From NCBI RefSeq assembly GCF_006345805.1, contig NC_043003.1, positions 40,052,001 to 40,116,000 on the forward strand: a DNA stretch of 64,000 nt, read 5' to 3'. Origin of the DNA: Octopus sinensis (Eukaryota). This document shows, piece after piece, positions 1 to 11,097 of this stretch. Within the stretch, counting starts at the first letter, position 1; the number at the start of each line of letters is the position of its first letter. Both the position numbers and the translations under genes were made by a program. The notes under the pieces were generated by a model, which was given only the letters and a program-made list of their open reading frames with translations, was not told the origin of the DNA and ran no database searches.

Positions 1-488
1 GGAATTTGAACTCAGAACGTAAAAACAGACCGTGCAGAGCATTGAAAGTAAAGAGCATTGAAAGAGTCTATAGTATGACGTTAGAAGAATGCTCTGACAC
101 AAGGATGATGACTACCAGTTCGTCACCCGGCGTGCTAACGATTCTGCCAGCTCACCGCCTTTTTGCAAACGAATATTATATAACAGAGTGAGTATATTAT
201 TGTCTGTGTAAATTATAGTCTCAAAACAGCCAATTAATGCTGATTTATGCGGATAATCTTCCAGAAGTGGAGAAGTAAATTAGCAATCATCGGACATGGC
301 TGAATGGAAAAGCATGGCTTGGGCCTTTTGCCTCTGGATGTCGGAAAATGCCACCTCCGATTTGTGGAGGTTAGAGTTGTAGAAATATCCGGAACGAACT
401 ACATGGGTGACAATACTCAATTTTATCACTAGGCCCTGACAACAATGAATAAATGCTATTAATATCAGAAGACCAGTATTAAACGTAA

Positions 489-559
489 GCGTCGGTTGTT
501 CATTGGTAGAATTCTCGCCTACCATGCGGGCGCCACGTGCTCTTTTTCTGGCCGACACT
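489..559 (+). pseudogene. tRNA-Gly pseudogene (anticodon ACC, T-arm destroyed)
   Basis: GCGTCGGTTGTTCATTGGTAGAATTCTCGCCTACCATGCGGGCGCCACGTGCTCTTTTTCTGGCCGACACT; box B GTTCGATTC is lost. Confidence 0.85.
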
Positions 560-622
560 CATTGAATATTTGCATATCTTCTTCTTTTTATGTTGAAATA
601 ATATTTTGAATATCTGTCAATC

Positions 623-845
623 AGAGTATATACTAAATAAATTGTGGAAGAGTTACTAGAAACCTTTACCTTTTCGTCCCTTTGGAGTTGGGTCGATGGT
701 TGAAGTTTTATATTTGAGGGCTGCATTGCACTGGGTACAACCTAATAAGGGCGAATTAATATGAATGTTATTAAATATGTGGTTAAATATAACACTTATA
801 GTAAAAATGTTTATTATTGAACGGTTTTGAGTTGTAATAAATGCC
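623..845 (+). repeat. ~225-bp interspersed repeat, inverted copy at 3049-3270
   Basis: AGAGTATATACTAAATAAATTGTGG...GTTTTGAGTTGTAATAAATG is the reverse complement of 3049-3270 with scattered mismatches. Confidence 0.85.
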
Positions 846-1472
846 ATATATTTAAACTCAGAGCCGTCAAACAAAAAATGTAGAACACATTCTTTTTGAC
901 AAAATGCGTCTCAAGCATTCTTCTCGCTCTGGTAGTGTTTCACGTTTGTCTGTGCCTGTCCAAGTCGTTCCTCCGATTATCTACATTCCATAAGACGGAC
1001 TGCTTATTCAGAGTTCATCTGTGGCTACACAACAGTAACATTACAGATGTATCGACTCTACTACGTATCTGCTTCTTTTTTCAAAAACCGGGCGGGTTGG
1101 ACTTCAAATCAAAACGCGATGGGACAGAGAATCATGTATTAGTCTCGTGTAATTGGATATAAAATCTCCGTGGTGTTAGGCTTGGAGAAAATTGAGTTCA
1201 TGAGGTTCATGTTTGTCGTACAATTTCACTGTACATCCTGTATACTCCACCACACATTCTGCATGAAAAATTGTGGTTCTGAAAGGAATCATAGTAAGCT
1301 GTGGGATTCATAATGGAAATACTCACTCATTTCACAATACTTTGGTGTACATCGGTAGAAATCATACAATGGTTAGTCAGTCTTATAACTAAAAAAAATC
1401 GTTGGAACATCACTAAGAGCTTCATCGTTATGTAAAATGTATGAAAAGAATTTCACTTTGAAAGGCCCTCGA

Positions 1473-1781
1473 TGGAGTACGTAGCTCGAAGATTAAGGAG
1501 TATCTCCAGGTCAAGCTACTACTTCTCCTCATTGAGTAGTTAAAGCTCCGGGACCACGGACATGTTATAAGATTTTTGCAGGAAAGAATCGCAAGACGGA
1601 TTCTTCAGGTCGAGCCAACTGGCAGGAGACCTATGGATAAGACCAAGAATGAAGTAGTTGGATAATATCCACAGTTTCAGTTGGGCATGCTTGGAAATTC
1701 AGCCTGAAAATGTAATGGCGGCTGCCTGAAGATCCTACCCTCACGACTCTCTCAAGAATAGACGGGAGGAAGATGAATGGA
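1473..1781 (+). mobile_element. 5'-truncated RTE-clade LINE remnant with 14-bp TSD
   Basis: Translates to ..VRSSKIKEYLQV..LRDHGHVIRFLQERIARRILQVEPTGRRP.. (degenerate RTE C-terminal RWxGHV motif). TGAAAGGCCCTCGA is duplicated at 1459-1472 and 1782-1795. Confidence 0.75.
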
Positions 1782-2316
1782 TGAAAGGCCCTCGAAACCT
1801 GCATCAAAATAACATCCGCATGAGGACTCAGCACTTTTTCATTATATTACATGGTTAATTTAGTGGTGAACTGACTGTGAATTTGTTGGATAGAAAATTC
1901 AGGAAATCGAATGTCAGACGTTGAAGCAACAGAGGTGAATGTGTAACAACGTAGGTTCAGCAAACTTATTAAAATTTGTTTGTCATGTAAAAAACAATGG
2001 AAGCTTCATATTGCAATCATGGATGATGATATCAAAGTGTTATTGTCATCAAAATATGTGTTGCTCTCAAACACACTCCAAGGATTATTATATCTCCTAT
2101 TTAATGTTATCAAGTATAACATATATGTATGATTGTATACATCAGTAGAAATTATAGAATGTGGTTTGATGAGGTTGAAATAAGTTTGTATGTCATGGAA
2201 AAAAACATTGCACCAAAAAAGTTTCAAGTTGCAGAAACATTATTACAATTTTATCACTGATTAGTGACAACAAAGAATAGACGTTATAAATCTCAGAAGA
2301 CACTAATCATCCGTAA

Positions 2317-2387
2317 GCGTCGGTGGTTCAGTGGTAGAATGCTCGCCTGCCACGCGGGCGGCCCGGGTTCGATTCCCGGCCGACGCA
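2317..2387 (+). tRNA. tRNA-Gly-GCC: tRNA-Gly(GCC)
   Basis: 71-nt GCGTCGGTGGTTCAGTGGTAGAATGCTCGCCTGCCACGCGGGCGGCCCGGGTTCGATTCCCGGCCGACGCA; full cloverleaf, boxes A and B, TTTT at 2397-2400. Confidence 0.97.
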
Positions 2388-2820
2388 AATAATAAATTTT
2401 CGTTTATCGTGTTTTGGTGAAATACATTTTAAGCATGCCATGATGAGTTGGCATCAAACAAGAAACCTGCAACACATACGTTTCTTTCGACGAAATATAT
2501 TTGAGACATTCCTCATATCCTCATATCCGAACAATGTTTCCTGTATTCCAATATCTGCTTGTTACTCTAAGTCGCTCCTCCTATTGTTTGCTGTCCATAC
2601 GACGGACTGCTTGTTCAAATTTTACCAACGGTTACGCAACAATAACATTACAGATGTATCAACTCTACGTCATGTCTGATACTTGTTTTTTTTTTTTGCC
2701 TTTTTTTTATAGTGGGGATGGTATGGTTGGAAATGAAAGCGTGATAAGGCATAGATTCAAGTATTAGTTTCTTTTGACTTAACGTAACATCTCCTGGTGT
2801 TAGGGATGGAAGAAATGTGA

Positions 2821-2896
2821 GTTGATTATGTTCACCTGGTTGATTATGTTCACCTGGTTAATTATGTTCACCTGGTTGATTATGTTCACCTGGTTG
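2821..2896 (+). repeat. Minisatellite, 4 x 18 bp (GTTGATTATGTTCACCTG)
   Basis: Four head-to-tail copies with one substitution and no spacers. Confidence 0.95.
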
Positions 2897-3048
2897 CCCA
2901 ACTTCTTTCTTACCCAGTGCAGAACCTGTATAACATTGTGGTTTTAAAAGAAAACGTAATTAATAAACCCTAAGTTTAATATCAGTTAGATGTAACGCTT
3001 TTGTCGTATTTTGTGCTTTGAATTTTTAAATATTTGTTGATGATGAAT

Positions 3049-3270
3049 GACATTTGTTACAACTCAAAACCGTTCAATAATAAACATTTTCCCTATAAAA
3101 GTTATATTTAACCACATATTAAATAACATTCATATTAATTCGCCCTTATTAGGTTGTACCTAGTGCAATGCAGCCCTCAAATATAAAGCATCAGCCTCGA
3201 CCCTACTCCAGAGGGACGAAAAGGTAAAGGTTTCTAGTAACCCCTCCACAATTTATTTAGTATATACTCT
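3049..3270 (-). repeat. Inverted copy of the 623-845 repeat
   Basis: Reverse-complement match to 623-845. Confidence 0.85.
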
Positions 3271-3314
3271 AGATTCGGCAACCACGTTTTCCTTCCCGTT
3301 TTACATTGGACGAA

Positions 3315-3649
3315 GGTGCATGGCTCAGTGGTTAGAGCATCAGGCTCACAACATAAAGTAGTGAGTTCGATTCCTGGACAGGGCTGTGCGCTGTGTTCTT
3401 AAGCAAGACACTTTATTTCCCTTTGCTCCAGTTCACTCAGCTGTAGAAATGAGGTGCGACGTCACTGGTGCCAAGCTGTATCGGCCTTTGCTTTTCCCTT
3501 GGATAAAATCGATGGTATGGAGAGGGGAGACTGGTATGCATGGGCGACTGCTAATCTTCCATAAACAACCTTGCCCGGACTTACACTTCGGAGGGTAACT
3601 TCCTGGGTGCAATCCCATGGTCATTCATGACCGAAGGGAGACCTTACCC
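3315..3649 (+). mobile_element. tRNA-derived SINE (third family, CORE/V-domain-like centre)
   Basis: Box A TGGCTCAGTGG and box B GAGTTCGATTCC, then GTTCTTAAGCAAGACACT and CACTCAGCTGTAGAAATGAG. Confidence 0.75.
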
Positions 3650-4119
3650 AATATATTTTATATTGGATGAAAGTTATAAACATAACTGGTAAGGAATACT
3701 GAAATCAGTACATAGCTGGAACTAGCTTATTGCTCAAAGGGGAACGAGAGGCGAAATATGGATTTAGGAAATAAAGACATTGAGGCCAGTCTATTGTGTC
3801 TTCTACTCTCTCACTTCTGACTTGGTCCCTAAAGATAAGAGACCTATTCAACCTATATTTTGAAGTTCGATCTCATAAACATACTTAGAAAATACAGCTT
3901 CATTTTTTAATATTATTTTCCGGGAGGGCTTCATATAGAGCAAAACGTGTTGTGTATCCCTGTCTTTTTGACTTGGTTCAAATTTCGATTATTTCAGAAA
4001 AACGGGCAGATAAACAAATTGAGAGGTGTCAACTTGTAGAAACATTATTACAATTTTCTCAATCGTTACTGATAACAGCAAATAAAGACTATTAGTCTCC
4101 GACGACTCACACAACGGAA

Positions 4120-4190
4120 GCGTCGGTGGTTCAGTGGTAGAATGCTCGCCTGCCACGCGGGCGGCCCGGGTTCGATTCCCGGCCGACGCA
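4120..4190 (+). tRNA. tRNA-Gly-GCC: tRNA-Gly(GCC)
   Basis: Identical to 2317-2387; T-runs from 4196. Confidence 0.97.
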
Positions 4191-5107
4191 ACTTGTTTTC
4201 TTTTTATTTATGCATTTTAAATATTTTATCGAGTAAGTCCTAAGACATGTAGACAGCTGAATAACAAGGCGTCACCCACAAAACCTGGTTTTCCATTAAT
4301 AGCATGAGGTCTCGGTGAGGTCCACATTGCTCTCTCCGCCATGCAGTGATAAATTGTAAAAGTTGGAGTGTAACAATCTGGCTAATGTTATTTACATTCC
4401 TTCCACTGCCCAGTCTACCGTGGTATATCTGTTGCTGTCACTGCTGTTATTTAACTCCAGGTGAACGTTGGCCACGACTAGACCTATGACTAATGGCGTT
4501 CCAATTTTGACCATCCTGTCTTTATAGATATATTCATCCGATAACTACTTCAGTGACCATGTAGACTCGGTCAGAATACGACAGCTGCTCTTCCTCTAAT
4601 ATCAAGTTCATCCAAGGTCGATTTGCTTTTCAACCTCAGAATGTCAATGAAAAATGTACCCATCAAGGACGGGTCTGATGTAACCGACTTTCTCCTCAAA
4701 ATTGCTGTCCTTGTACCAATATTGAACAATTCATTCTAGCAGAATGTATTCGTTTGGAGAATTTCATCGTTATATAAAATGTACGAAAATAATTTCAGTT
4801 TAAAAGGCCTTCGACGGAGTACGCAGCTCGGAAATCAAGTCTCTCCGGGTTGAGTGTTATTGCTATCAAAAATATGTTGCTGTCAAATACGCTCAAATGA
4901 TTATTATATCTTCTGCTTACTGTTATCAAAGATAACATTAAGCAGGAGATATAAGAACACGGTTGTATACGTCAGTAGAAATTATAGAATCTGGCTTGAA
5001 ATAAATTTGTATACCGCGAAGAAAACATTGCAACTAAGAGGTATCAAATAAGAGAAGCATTATTACAATTTCATCAGTAGTTAGTGACAGCAATGAATAA
5101 GCACTAA

Positions 5108-5178
5108 GCGTCGGTGGTTCAATGGTAGAATGCTCGCCTTCTATGTGGGCGACTTGGGTTCGATTACCGGCCCACGCA
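5108..5178 (+). pseudogene. tRNA-Gly-derived pseudogene (anticodon position reads TCT)
   Basis: Multiple substitutions break the T-stem (TTGGG/ACCGG) and the acceptor stem. Confidence 0.8.
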
Positions 5179-5720
5179 AGTTATATGTTTTTGCATCTTT
5201 TTTTTCTTGTTTTAGCGAAATACATTTTAATTGCTTATTATGAAGAGTGGACTTCATATGAACTCAGAATCATCAAACAAGAAACCTGCAATATAATCGT
5301 TTCCATTGATAAAATACATTTTAAACGTTCCTCTTGCTCGGATAGTGTTTCCTGTATTTCAATGTTTATCGCTCCGAGTCGCTCCTCCGATTATCTACAT
5401 TCCATAGGAGGGACTGATTGTTCAAAGTTCATCTACAGCTTCCCAACAATAACATTTCAGATGTGCCAACTCTACTTCATGTCTGACGCTTATTCATTAT
5501 AGCAGGGTTGGTTTGGATTCGAAATCAAAACGCGATGGGGCATAGAATGAAGTGTTTGTTTCTTTTGTCTTAGTATAAAATCTCTCGGTGTTAGGGTTTC
5601 ACTCTTAGCCCACGGCAGAATCTGTATAAAATTGTGATTTTGAAAGAAACCATGATAAACTCTAATATCTTCCTTGTACATGGACGAAGGCCTCAGCATG
5701 TTGTCTCCACCAACTACGGT

Positions 5721-6077
5721 CTAATGTTTTCCAGGAGCCGAAATATTTAACAAAGTCTTCATTCCAGCTTCTGCATGGTCCTCTCTTGGTGTCCACTGTG
5801 TCAGTTTGCTATTCCATTTGCCGTCCTTCCTTTTTAACACGTGTCCCGCGAAAGACGACTTCAGGATTTCTATTTTCGAGATAATACCCGTTAAACCTAT
5901 CACCACTCTTAACCTGTTATTTCTCCACTTATCCATATTGTTAATCTTCAGCATTCTCCTTTCCACGGCTCTTTGAGTTGATCTTAATTCATTTTCAATG
6001 CTTTTGTTGGTAGTCCATATTTCCGATTCATAATGATAGGCAGCACACACTGGTTGAAGACCTTTCTTTTTAGACAC
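5721..6077 (-). mobile_element. RTE-type LINE ORF C-terminal remnant
   Basis: YESEIWTTNKSIENELRSTQRAVERRMLKI..FAGHVLKRKDGKWNSKLTQWTPR matches the ETW..QRxMERxML..WAGHVxR..RW..WxPR pattern of RTE C-termini. Confidence 0.8.
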
Positions 6078-6251
6078 ATTGGCAAGTCACTGCTTATGGC
6101 GTGAATCGATTTACCGAAGGATTTTCATCTATCCTGGGCAAATAATCTGCTTAAAGGATAAAAATTAGACCAAAGAAATTGAACAACGAATATGATGAGG
6201 ACGAGCATAGTTTGGTAAAACTCTGATGTGATACCAAGTATATAGCGTGGG

Positions 6252-6471
6252 TAAGGCGGTGAGCTGGCAGAATCGTTAGCACGCCGGGCGAAATGCTTAG
6301 CGGTATTTCGTCTGCCGCTACGTTCTGAGTTCAAATTCCGCCGAGGTCGACTTTGCCTTTCATCCTATCGGGGTCGATTAAATAAGTACCAGTTACCCAC
6401 TGGAGTCGATATAATCGACTTAATCCGTTTGTCTGTCCTTGTTTGTTCCCTCTTGTGGGCAGTAAAGAAAT
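6252..6471 (+). mobile_element. tRNA-derived SINE, family B (Meta/MESC-like core), with 16-bp TSD
   Basis: GGCGGTGAGCTGGCAGAATCG..GAGTTCAAATTCC..GTCGACTTTGCCTTTCATCC..AATAAGTACC; AAGTATATAGCGTGGG duplicated at 6236-6251 and 6472-6487. Confidence 0.9.
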
Positions 6472-7266
6472 AAGTATATAGCGTGGGAGTCATAATCGAA
6501 TTCTGGTTTAAAAAACATACATTTGCGTCTGAAAATTATTTTGAAATTATAAACAGAAACAAATTGTATATTTGGACCGCCCATATTTTAAAACAAAAAT
6601 TCGAGAAATCGTTGACATTTTAGAATTTATGGAAAGAGGGGGAGATTACAAATTTATTTTAATTATTATTTTGTTTTTCTTTTTTGCATAATCGTATGAA
6701 TTATCGTGTGTGGAACAAAAATTCGCAAAAATTTCTGATAATTCGAAAAAAAACCCAAAAGTTATGAGAGGTAATATGGCATGCTTAAACCAGCATGGAG
6801 TGGAGAGACTTGATATAAAACCAATGCGGTGGAGTGGAGAGACGTGATAAAAAAAATCTCTGTGATGTTAGGTTTGGCAGAAACGTAAGTCAATGAGGCT
6901 CATGCTTGTCGAACAATTTCACTCTTTATTTCACCGCACGTCCTGCATAAAATCGTTATTTTGAAAGGAATAAGTAACACATAAACTTCCATTTTTGCTG
7001 GAATCCGCGAAATAAATAGCAGTTATATACTCTGGGAGTCACAAGCCAAACAAACCCCTACCCTTGCACCCTTGCGTCTAGTATAAAAAGATGGAGACTA
7101 ATATCCCTGTCTTTTTGACTTGGTTCAAATTTCGATTGTTTCAGAAAAACGGGCAGATAAACAAATTGAGAGGTGTCAACTTGTAGAAACATTATTACAA
7201 TTTTCTCAATCGTTACTGATAACAGCAAATAAAGACTATTAGTCTCCGACGACTCACACAACAGAA

Positions 7267-7337
7267 GCGTCGGTGGTTCAGTGGTAGAATGCTCGCCTGC
7301 CACGCGGGCGGCCCGGGTTCGATTCCCGGCCGACGCA
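7267..7337 (+). tRNA. tRNA-Gly-GCC: tRNA-Gly(GCC)
   Basis: Identical to the consensus copy; T-runs downstream. Confidence 0.97.
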
Positions 7338-7657
7338 ACTTGTTTTCTTTTTATTTATGCATTTTAAATATCTTACTTAAATAAAATCTTATAAATCTAA
7401 TAAATTCTTTTACTTGTTTCAGTCACTGGAGTGTGGCCATGTTGGGGCCTCGCCTTGAAGAATTTGTCCCCGGTTGTTATTTCTGAAGCCTGGTACTTAT
7501 TCTCTCGGTTCTTTTGCGAACTATTAAGTTACAGAGACGTAAACAAGCCACCACCGGCTGTCAACCGTTGGTGAAGACAAGCACTAACATGTAAACGCGG
7601 TTTCTGCAATCGACTGAGTCAAAAGTCTATTAGTCTCCGACGACTCACACAACGCAA

Positions 7658-7728
7658 GCGTCGGTGGTTCAGTGGTAGAATGCTCGCCTGCCACGCGGGC
7701 AGCCCGGGTTCGATTCCCGGCCGACGCA
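7658..7728 (+). tRNA. tRNA-Gly-GCC: tRNA-Gly(GCC), one variable-loop substitution
   Basis: CAGC instead of CGGC in the variable loop; all stems intact; T-run downstream. Confidence 0.93.
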
Positions 7729-8140
7729 ACTCGTTTCTTTTTTTATTTATGCATTTTAAATATTTTATTTAAATAAAATCTTACTCCAACGCAAATCTAA
7801 TAAATTCTTTTACTTGTTTCAGTCACTGGAGTATGGCCATGTTGGGACCTCGCCTTGAAGAATTCGTCCCCGGTTGTTATTTCTGAAGCCTGGTACTTAT
7901 TCTCTCGGTTCTTTTGTGAACTATTAAGTTATAGAGACGTAAACAAGCCACCACTGGCTGTCAACCGTTGGTGAAGACAAGCACTTACATGTAAACGCGG
8001 CTTCTGCAATCGACTGAGTCAAAAGTCATTGAAAAGTTTGCAAGTAACCACGACAAGGCCTTGACAAACAACAACAAGGCAAATGACCTAATGTTTAACC
8101 AAATTAAACAAGCAATCGATTAGTTAGTTGGATATATATA

Positions 8141-8604
8141 GGCGCAGGAATTGTTTACCAACCACATGGTTCCGGGTTCAGTCCCACTGCGTGGCACCTT
8201 GGGTAAGTGTCTTCTACTATAGCCTCGGGCCGACCAAAGCCTTGTGAGTGGATTTGGTAGACGGAAACTGAAAGAAGCCCGTCGTATATATGTATATATA
8301 TATATATATACTAAGCAATAAGGGTTTAGCAACGAGTTGCCTACCTATATATATATATATATATTATATATATATATATATATATGCGTGTGTTTGTGTG
8401 TCTGTGTTTGTCCCCCTAGCATTGCTTGACAACCGATGCTGGTGTGTTTATGTCCCCGTCACTTAGCGGTTCGGCAAAATAGACCGATAGCATAAGTACT
8501 GGGCTTACAAAGAATAAGTCCCGGGGTCGAGTTGCTCGATTAAAGGCGGTGCTCCAGCATGGTCGCAGTCAAATGATTGAAACAAGTAAAAGAGTAAAAG
8601 AGTA
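8141..8604 (+). mobile_element. tRNA-derived CORE-type SINE, family A (OR1/OR2-like)
   Basis: GGTTCAGTCCC box B, CCTTGGGTAAGT CORE-like motif, internal (TA)n/(TG)n and (GTAAAAGA)n tail; box A partly deleted. Confidence 0.85.
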
Positions 8605-8860
8605 ACTGACTAGTAATAAGAGAGTGGAATCGAACCAGCAAAATATGAAGTGGTGTCGATACATCTGTAATGTTTGTTCATTGTTGGATAGCTGTAGATT
8701 GACTCTAAACAAGCAGCCCGTCCATTGGAATATAGAGAATCGACCTAACGACTCGGAGCGACAAGCAGACACTGATGATCATGAAACACTGTTAGAGCGT
8801 GAGAAATGTTTCAAATGCACTTCGTAAAAAAAATTTTTTTTTAATAAAATAAAAAAAAAT

Positions 8861-9134
8861 TGAACACAATCTTTGGAGGCGAGCATTCTATATAATAATG
8901 AAATTATTGTATACAGTGCTCAGGTGCATCACAACTTGTCAGAAAGTGCATATAAAGTACATGCAGTAATGTAGAAATGTCTGGAAAGCGAACAATGTAT
9001 GAGTCAGATACATGCTTGTGTGTGTATGGAGGGGAGAAAATCAAGTGTAGTGTTGGCGAATCTCAGGAAGCATGGAAGTTTTTTGAAGGATGCAGTGCTC
9101 CGACAACTAACAACTATCATTGAACAACCGACGC
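8861..9134 (-). pseudogene. tRNA-Gly 5' half split by a LINE fragment
   Basis: Minus strand reads GCGTCGGTTGTTCAATGATAG (9134-9114), then the insert, then TAGAATGCTCGCCTCC (8890-8875). Confidence 0.8.
8891..9113 (-). mobile_element. 3' end of a CR1/L2-group LINE
   Basis: Minus strand translates VSCRSTASFK/TSMLPEIRQHYT* (one frameshift), followed by a 3' UTR and an ATT-rich tail; short (A)TAG duplication at the ends. Confidence 0.6.
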
Positions 9135-9243
9135 TTTGGTTGCTGAGAGGTCTGAGATTCCTGTGTTGAAACAAATTGTGTTGTGTCTAGTGAGAGTCAT
9201 TACGCCAATATTATTAACACACGCACTGGTTCAATTCCACAAA

Positions 9244-9288
9244 GCGTCAGTTGTTCAATGGTAGAAACTCATCTCTAAAGATTGTGTT
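9244..9288 (+). pseudogene. tRNA-Gly 5'-half fragment
   Basis: GCGTCAGTTGTTCAATGGTAGAA fused to AAAGATTGTGTTCA, the same fusion seen in the minus-strand copy. Confidence 0.7.
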
Positions 9289-10569
9289 CAGCATCGTTGG
9301 TAATATGGAAACAGAGTTTTTCGCTACGTTGATGGGTAATATACTCGCTTCGGATTGACTAAAATATCCCAATTTTGCAAAGTTTGAATGCTAATAACTT
9401 TTCAATTATGGATTTATTGGAAAATTGAATTTCATTTTCATAATTAGTATACAAAACGTAATATAAATACCAACTCTGAAAACAATTGGAACAAAATTGT
9501 AAGCAGTGACGAAAACCACAAAGATCCGAAATAGGTAATAAATTAACTTCCATTTCTGCTGGAATCGACGAAATAAATACCAGTTATATAATTTGGGAGT
9601 ACCAATCCAAACAAACCCCTACCCTTGTACTCTTGTGTATGGTATAAATAGGAGAAGAATGGATGGAGACCAATATCCCTGTCTTTCTGACTTGCTTCAA
9701 ATTTCGATAATTTGTCAGTTTTAAAGAGATAGTATTTAATGAGCTCCAGTTGAACAGGGTTCGATAAAATAATACCAGTCATATACTTAGGTTTTCACCA
9801 TCGAAATGATAGGCTCCTTCGCACAGTTTAACATTGTATTTACTGAAATCAAGTCTTGGATTGGACCAATATTGGTTCCTTCGAAATTGGTTCAAAGGTC
9901 GATCATTTTCTAAGCGAGAGAAATAACAAAAATCAGCCAGTTTACACTTTTTATAAAATAGAAATTCAAAAGGCGCAACTTTTTCACACAGTACTAACCA
10001 CCCGGCAAGTTTGTTTGGTATCTTTTTTCTTTCCTTTTTTTTTTTTACTTAACTCGGTTAGTGGACGGTGGCCATGCTGGGGCATCGCCTTGAAAGGTTT
10101 TAGTCGAACAAATCGGCCCGAGTACTTATTCCTGAACCTCGTTATTTATTTATTCTAGCGGTTCTTTTGTCGAACTGCTAAGTAACAGGGATGTAAATAA
10201 ACCACCACCGGTTGTCAAGCAGTGGTGGAAGACACATAAACGCGGCCTTTGCAGTGGAGTCGCTGTAAACTTTGCAAGTATCGACGGATGAGCTTTGACA
10301 AACAAAACAAATGAATTAGTGTTTAAGCATATTGGTTATATTACAAATTGGCTAATAAAAAAGAAGTGAAATTGGGCCAGTGCATATGTTAATATTGACA
10401 TAATGGCTCTCCCTAGATAAGACATAAGCCATTTCAACATACGAAGTCACATAAAGAATTTTGCAAACAAAATACAAGGCCGAAGTTTGTATGTCATGGA
10501 GAAAACATCGCAATTGAGAAGTCTCAAATCAGAGAAACATTACGAATCTCAGATAGCAGCATGACCGAA

Positions 10570-10640
10570 GCGTCGGTTGTTCAGTGGTAGAATGCTCGCC
10601 TCCCATGTGAGTGGCCCGGGTTCGATTCCCGGCCGACGCA
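10570..10640 (+). tRNA. tRNA-Gly-CCC: tRNA-Gly(CCC), anticodon-shifted variant (functional status uncertain)
   Basis: GCGTCGGTTGTTCAGTGGTAGAATGCTCGCCTCCCATGTGAGTGGCCCGGGTTCGATTCCCGGCCGACGCA; all stems pair; G9>T in box A; T8 terminator at 10649-10656. Confidence 0.75.
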
Positions 10641-11097
10641 TGATTATATTTTTTTTGGCTTTGTTTTTGACGAAGTACTTTTTCGATAAAATAAACTAGG
10701 TTTCGTCTAAACTGAGAACCATCTAACAAAAAACTTACAATATATTCGTTTCTTTTGACGGCATATATTTGAAATATTTCTCACGCGCAGTGTTTCATCA
10801 GTGTCTGCCCGTCACTCGAAATCGTTCCGCCGATTCTGTGTAATCCATAGGACGGACTGCTTGTTCAGAGTTTATCTGTAGCTATACAACAATAAACTTT
10901 ACAGATACCTCGGTACCACTTCATGTTTGTTGCTTGTTTCTAATAGCTGGGTGGTGTGGATTTGGGTGGAATTCTGGTTCATATGATACACCTTTTCGTC
11001 TGAAAATTATCTTGAAATTATTAACAGAAATAAATGGAAGATTCGGACTCTCCATATTTTAAAACGATTCTATGATTAAAAAAAAAAATTCGGGAAA

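Noticed and set aside
2821-2896. CRISPR-like short repeats
   Set aside because: The repeats are contiguous with no spacers, there are no cas genes, and the context is eukaryotic.
8772-8787. CTGATGA..GAAAC hammerhead-like words
   Set aside because: Only 4 nt separate the boxes, so there is no stem II; the sequence is the reverse complement of ordinary array spacer.
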